From: an uncultured Nitrososphaerota archaeon
GTDB lineage: Archaea > Korarchaeota > Korarchaeia > Korarchaeales > Korarchaeaceae
Direction: 5' to 3'
Length of the DNA: 64,000 nt
NCBI GenBank assembly: GCA_964618805.1
Contig: CAZUBM010000001.1
Location: 201,939 to 265,938 of the forward strand
The notes beneath the pieces were generated by a model, which was not told where the DNA came from, did not search any database, and saw nothing but the letters and a program-made list of their open reading frames with translations. This document shows positions 60,668-64,000 of the stretch, in pieces. The position numbers were made by a program, and so were the translations under genes. Numbering within the stretch: position 1 is the first letter of the stretch; each line of letters starts with the position of its first letter.

Positions 60668-61045
60668 TCACCCATCAACAAGTGCTATAAGTGTCAATCC
60701 CTTTGGAGGTATCTTATTGAGATTAGAATGACCTACGTTTATCTTTGAGCGCATTAATCCCGATCTTTCTGCAAGATATCTCATGTTTATTCCTTTAGAA
60801 CACTCCGTAACAAAAGGAAAGCATGAATAATAAATCCAAAAAACCATAGCTTCCGGGACTTCCCTCCTATTTAACTGAACTAATCTAACAAACTGATTTG
60901 GAAGTAAATCTACCCTTTCTGTCGATGGACAAAGTGCATAGTGCTTTTCGTACTGATAACAAAAGAACAAACCTTGACCCTTTGGCTCTAATATCCATTT
61001 TTCTGGTTTTCTATGGATATCTTCTCTAGGGGGCAGAAAAATCAT
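60668..61045 (-). pseudogene. hdrC: Degenerate hdrC
   Basis: CYQYEKHYALCP..DLLPNQFVRLVQL..W.YYSCFPFVTECSKGI: HdrC pattern with half of the cluster cysteines lost. Confidence 0.75.
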
Positions 61046-61321
61046 ATCAATAGCCTGTTATACAGCAAGGTAAAAAACTTTAATTACAATGGAAAACCGT
61101 AGAGGGGCAAGAATCCTTCCACAAATATCTCATTAAACAGTTTTGTTAGATAATTACATCCCAATTTTCGGTTATTAGGATGTCGAGAAGTTTATCTCTG
61201 AGATTACTACGGTAGAATCAATGTGAAGAGTAACTACATATTATGCCTAGACAACTCTTTTTATTACTTAGCCCAAGTATCAAGGAACCTCTTGTGTGAT
61301 TATGTTGCACTGGGGATAGAT

Positions 61322-61936
61322 TTGCTGAACGAGTTTCTTAGAAAGACTATGGAGGGACTTATAGCCCTAGTATCTAAAGGTTCCTATCCAGCCATAGTTC
61401 TAACTATGGCTGGCGAAAGTGCACTTTTGCCGATTCCAAGTGAAGTTGTGATGCCGCTAGCAGGTTTTCTCGTCTCTACTAGGGAAATGGATTTCCTCTC
61501 AGCAGTAACTTCCGGAGTCCTTGGAAACTTGATTGGATCATTAGTTTCATACTATTTAGGATTTAGATATGGGAGGGAAATGTTGGATAAATATGGAAAA
61601 TATATCTTTCTCAGGGAAAGTCACATAAGGAAGTCGGAATTTCTATTTCAGAGGTGGGGAAAACAGGCGGTTCTTTTAGGAAGAATGTTGCCTGGGATAA
61701 GAACAGTGATCTCTTTTCCTGCAGGAACATTTAAGGTCCCTCTAAAGGATTTAGTCCTTTATACAGTGATAGGATCAATTCCTTGGAACACAGCTCTTGT
61801 GGCATCTGGAATTTTGCTTAAGGAGAACTGGGGAGTTATATCTAAGTATAGTCACCAATTGTTCGTTCTTGGAATAATCATAATGGTTATCTTTATAGTT
61901 CTCAAGTTTAAGAGGTCAGGAAAGTCCAAGAAATAG
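61322..61936 (+). CDS. dedA: DedA-family membrane protein
   Basis: ESALLPIPSEVVMPLAGF, GNLIGS, GRMLPGIRTVISFPAG; TTG at 61322 after GGGG is the likely start. Confidence 0.92.
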   Translation: MLNEFLRKTMEGLIALVSKGSYPAIVLTMAGESALLPIPSEVVMPLAGFLVSTREMDFLSAVTSGVLGNLIGSLVSYYLGFRYGREMLDKYGKYIFLRESHIRKSEFLFQRWGKQAVLLGRMLPGIRTVISFPAGTFKVPLKDLVLYTVIGSIPWNTALVASGILLKENWGVISKYSHQLFVLGIIIMVIFIVLKFKRSGKSKK

Positions 61937-64000
61937 GCAGATCCAGTAAATGCTTGCTGCAAGCACGAAAGCTAGGAGGAGTTGATAAGCAACTATTGTC
62001 AAGAGATACTTAAAGAGCCTTAATTCCTGCTTCAACACTCCTACTGTTGCTATACAAGGGACATATGTGGTCATTGCAATGGTCAATGATACTGCTTGAA
62101 GGTTTGTCATACCCAATGCTTGTATTGCCTGCTTAACTCCAGCAGCCCCAGTAGCAGCTACTATAGTACTAAGAACGCTCTCTTTAGCTATTATGCCAGT
62201 TTCAAGTGCAAGCATTATTCTCCAATCACCTAAGCCCATTAGACGGCCAAGTGGAACTAAAGTTTTCCCTAAGATACCCGCAAGCGTTCCCTCAATTACT
62301 AGAGCATCTGTCTCCATTAGTTCTTGTGGTATAAACCCTCTAGGGTCGAGATGCAGTAGGAACCAGAGCAATATGCTTAGACCAAAAATTATTGTTCCTG
62401 CCCTCTTGATGAACCTCATGGCGTTCATCCTGGCATACCACCAAATCACCTTTAGGCTGGGCCTGTGATACGGAGGAACCTCCAAAACAAGTTCAGGAGG
62501 AACCTTAACCTTGAACATAACACTGTTAAGTAGAGCCGAAGAGAAAAGATAAAGACCTATTGACAGCATGTAGATCCCTAGAAGGAATGTTGCTTGTCCA
62601 AGCGGGGAATTGAACATGGCTGAGGCGATAGCCAACATTACAACTAGTCTAGCTTGACAAGGGATCAAGGGTACACTCATTGCTGTAACTAACCTTTCCC
62701 TGTCATCATCCATAGCTCTAGTGCTCATAACCGCAGGAACGCTGCATCCAAATCCCACTACTGCAGGAAAAACGGCCTTTCCACTCAATCCAAAACGTCT
62801 AAAGAACCTATCCAGGGAGACAGCTACCCTAGCCATTAAACCGCTATCTTGAAGGGCTCCCAACACTAAGTAAACCATCAAGATTAAAGGTAGAAATCCA
62901 AGAACGGAAGCAACTCCTGATATGGCTCCGTCCACTACAAGGCTTACAATCCACGAGGGTGAACCTCCTAACAAATTTCTTGCGAATTCTGCAATATGAT
63001 CAAAGATTCCAACAAGGATGTTGGACAGGCTATAGCGTTCGACGAATTCTGCTAGGTCCTCCTTGCCCAGAAATGAGAAGATTATGTTTAGAGGAAACCC
63101 CACATTTACGGCAAAGACCGTTAGAAATGATACTAATAATACAAAACCTGCAAAAAGAGGTCCAATTATGGGATGAAGTGCTATCTTATCGGGCTTTTCT
63201 CCAAATCCTGGAGAAATTAGGCGATTCTTTGTTATCTCCTCCTTGAGGAGGGAGTCTATGAAGGAAAACCTAGCTTGAACCGCCATGAGGGCAAGATCCG
63301 TTCTTAAACTTGTTTTAGCTGATTGAATAATTTCTTCTATGACTGAAGCAGTTTCCGGTTCGCTAGCCCTAATCCTGCCTAGAAGAACGGGATCTCCCTC
63401 AAGTAACCTTACTGCTACCCATCTCGGTGGATATTCCTTTAGCAGACCTCGAGAACTTATCAAACTCTTTAATTTTGCAATATATGACTCCAGCGGACCA
63501 TAGTCTACCTTTAAGGGCTCTTTTCTGCATTATCTTCCCTCAGCAACATCAAGTACTCTATCTAGCAGGACTCCAATACCCTCTTCTCTAAGTGCAGATA
63601 TGCCAACCACGGGAATTCCGAGTTCCCTGCTTAATGAATCTATATCTATATGTATGGCCCTTTTCTCCGCCACATCCATCATGTTAACAGCTATTATAAC
63701 GCGTGGAGTCATTTCTAACGCCATTATAGGTAGATACATTGTTCTCTCAAGAGCTGTTGCATCAACAAGGACGACCAGAATGTCTGGCTTATGCTTAGCT
63801 ACAAACTCCCTTGCTATAGCCTCTGCGGCATCTGGAGCTTCTGCAGAAAGGCTGTAAGTTCCTGGTAGATCGATTACAATGATCTCTTTTTCATGATGAG
63901 TTAACCTCCCCTGTTTGATGGCTACGGTAACTCCTGGCCAATTCGCTACATGAGCAGTCTCCCCAGTTAGGACATTGAAAAGCGTGCTCTTTCCAACATT
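61916..64000 (-). pseudogene. feoB: Ferrous iron transporter FeoB (5' end outside window) interrupted by an in-frame TAA at 63530-63532
   Basis: G-domain NVGKST, NWPGVTV, DLPGTYSL, NMMD; membrane part DSGLMAR, GFGCSVPA, PCQAR, YVPCIAT, all in one frame. Confidence 0.85.

Noticed and set aside
46226-63532. TAA read-through or codon reassignment suggested by in-frame TAA in metG and feoB
   Set aside because: Many intact genes in the window terminate at TAA, so a code change is not supported
1-64000. tRNA, rRNA, CRISPR arrays, transposases, inteins
   Set aside because: No cloverleaf, spaced repeats or transposase/intein motifs recognised by eye; tRNAscan-SE and Infernal would be needed to exclude small RNAs

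Overview
Chromosomal window of an anaerobic archaeon, most likely Thermoproteota/TACK. This is inferred from the geranylgeranyl reductase, AMP phosphorylase, HdrA/MvhD, archaeal-type MetRS, the coalescin-like SMC and GGTG-type SD motifs with many GTG/TTG starts. I found no rRNA, tRNA, CRISPR array, integrase or transposase. Most of the window is housekeeping and peptide/amino-acid metabolism: oxoprolinase/hydantoinase AB, pyroglutamyl peptidase, four-subunit proline-dehydrogenase-like oxidase, TldD/PmbA, GlnA, Adk, NrdDG, MetRS, Lhr and transporters. Three things stand out. (1) 15377-19262 encodes a short hinge-less SMC ATPase whose C-terminal motifs mix eukaryotic SMC5 and SMC6 features, followed by a roadblock/LC7 gene, a kleisin with an Nse4-like C-terminus and a MAGE/Nse3-like KITE protein, i.e. 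a candidate minimal archaeal Smc5/6-like complex. (2) 53350-61045 is an hdrA-mvhD-FdhB/FrhB-like-hdrD-fumarate-reductase operon whose hdrC and hdrB have decayed. (3) metG has an intact frame of about 553 codons but no canonical start codon and no Met in its first ~300 codons. Several other genes are broken by single-base lesions, which may be real decay or sequencing error. All homology calls are by eye from motifs; no database searches were run.
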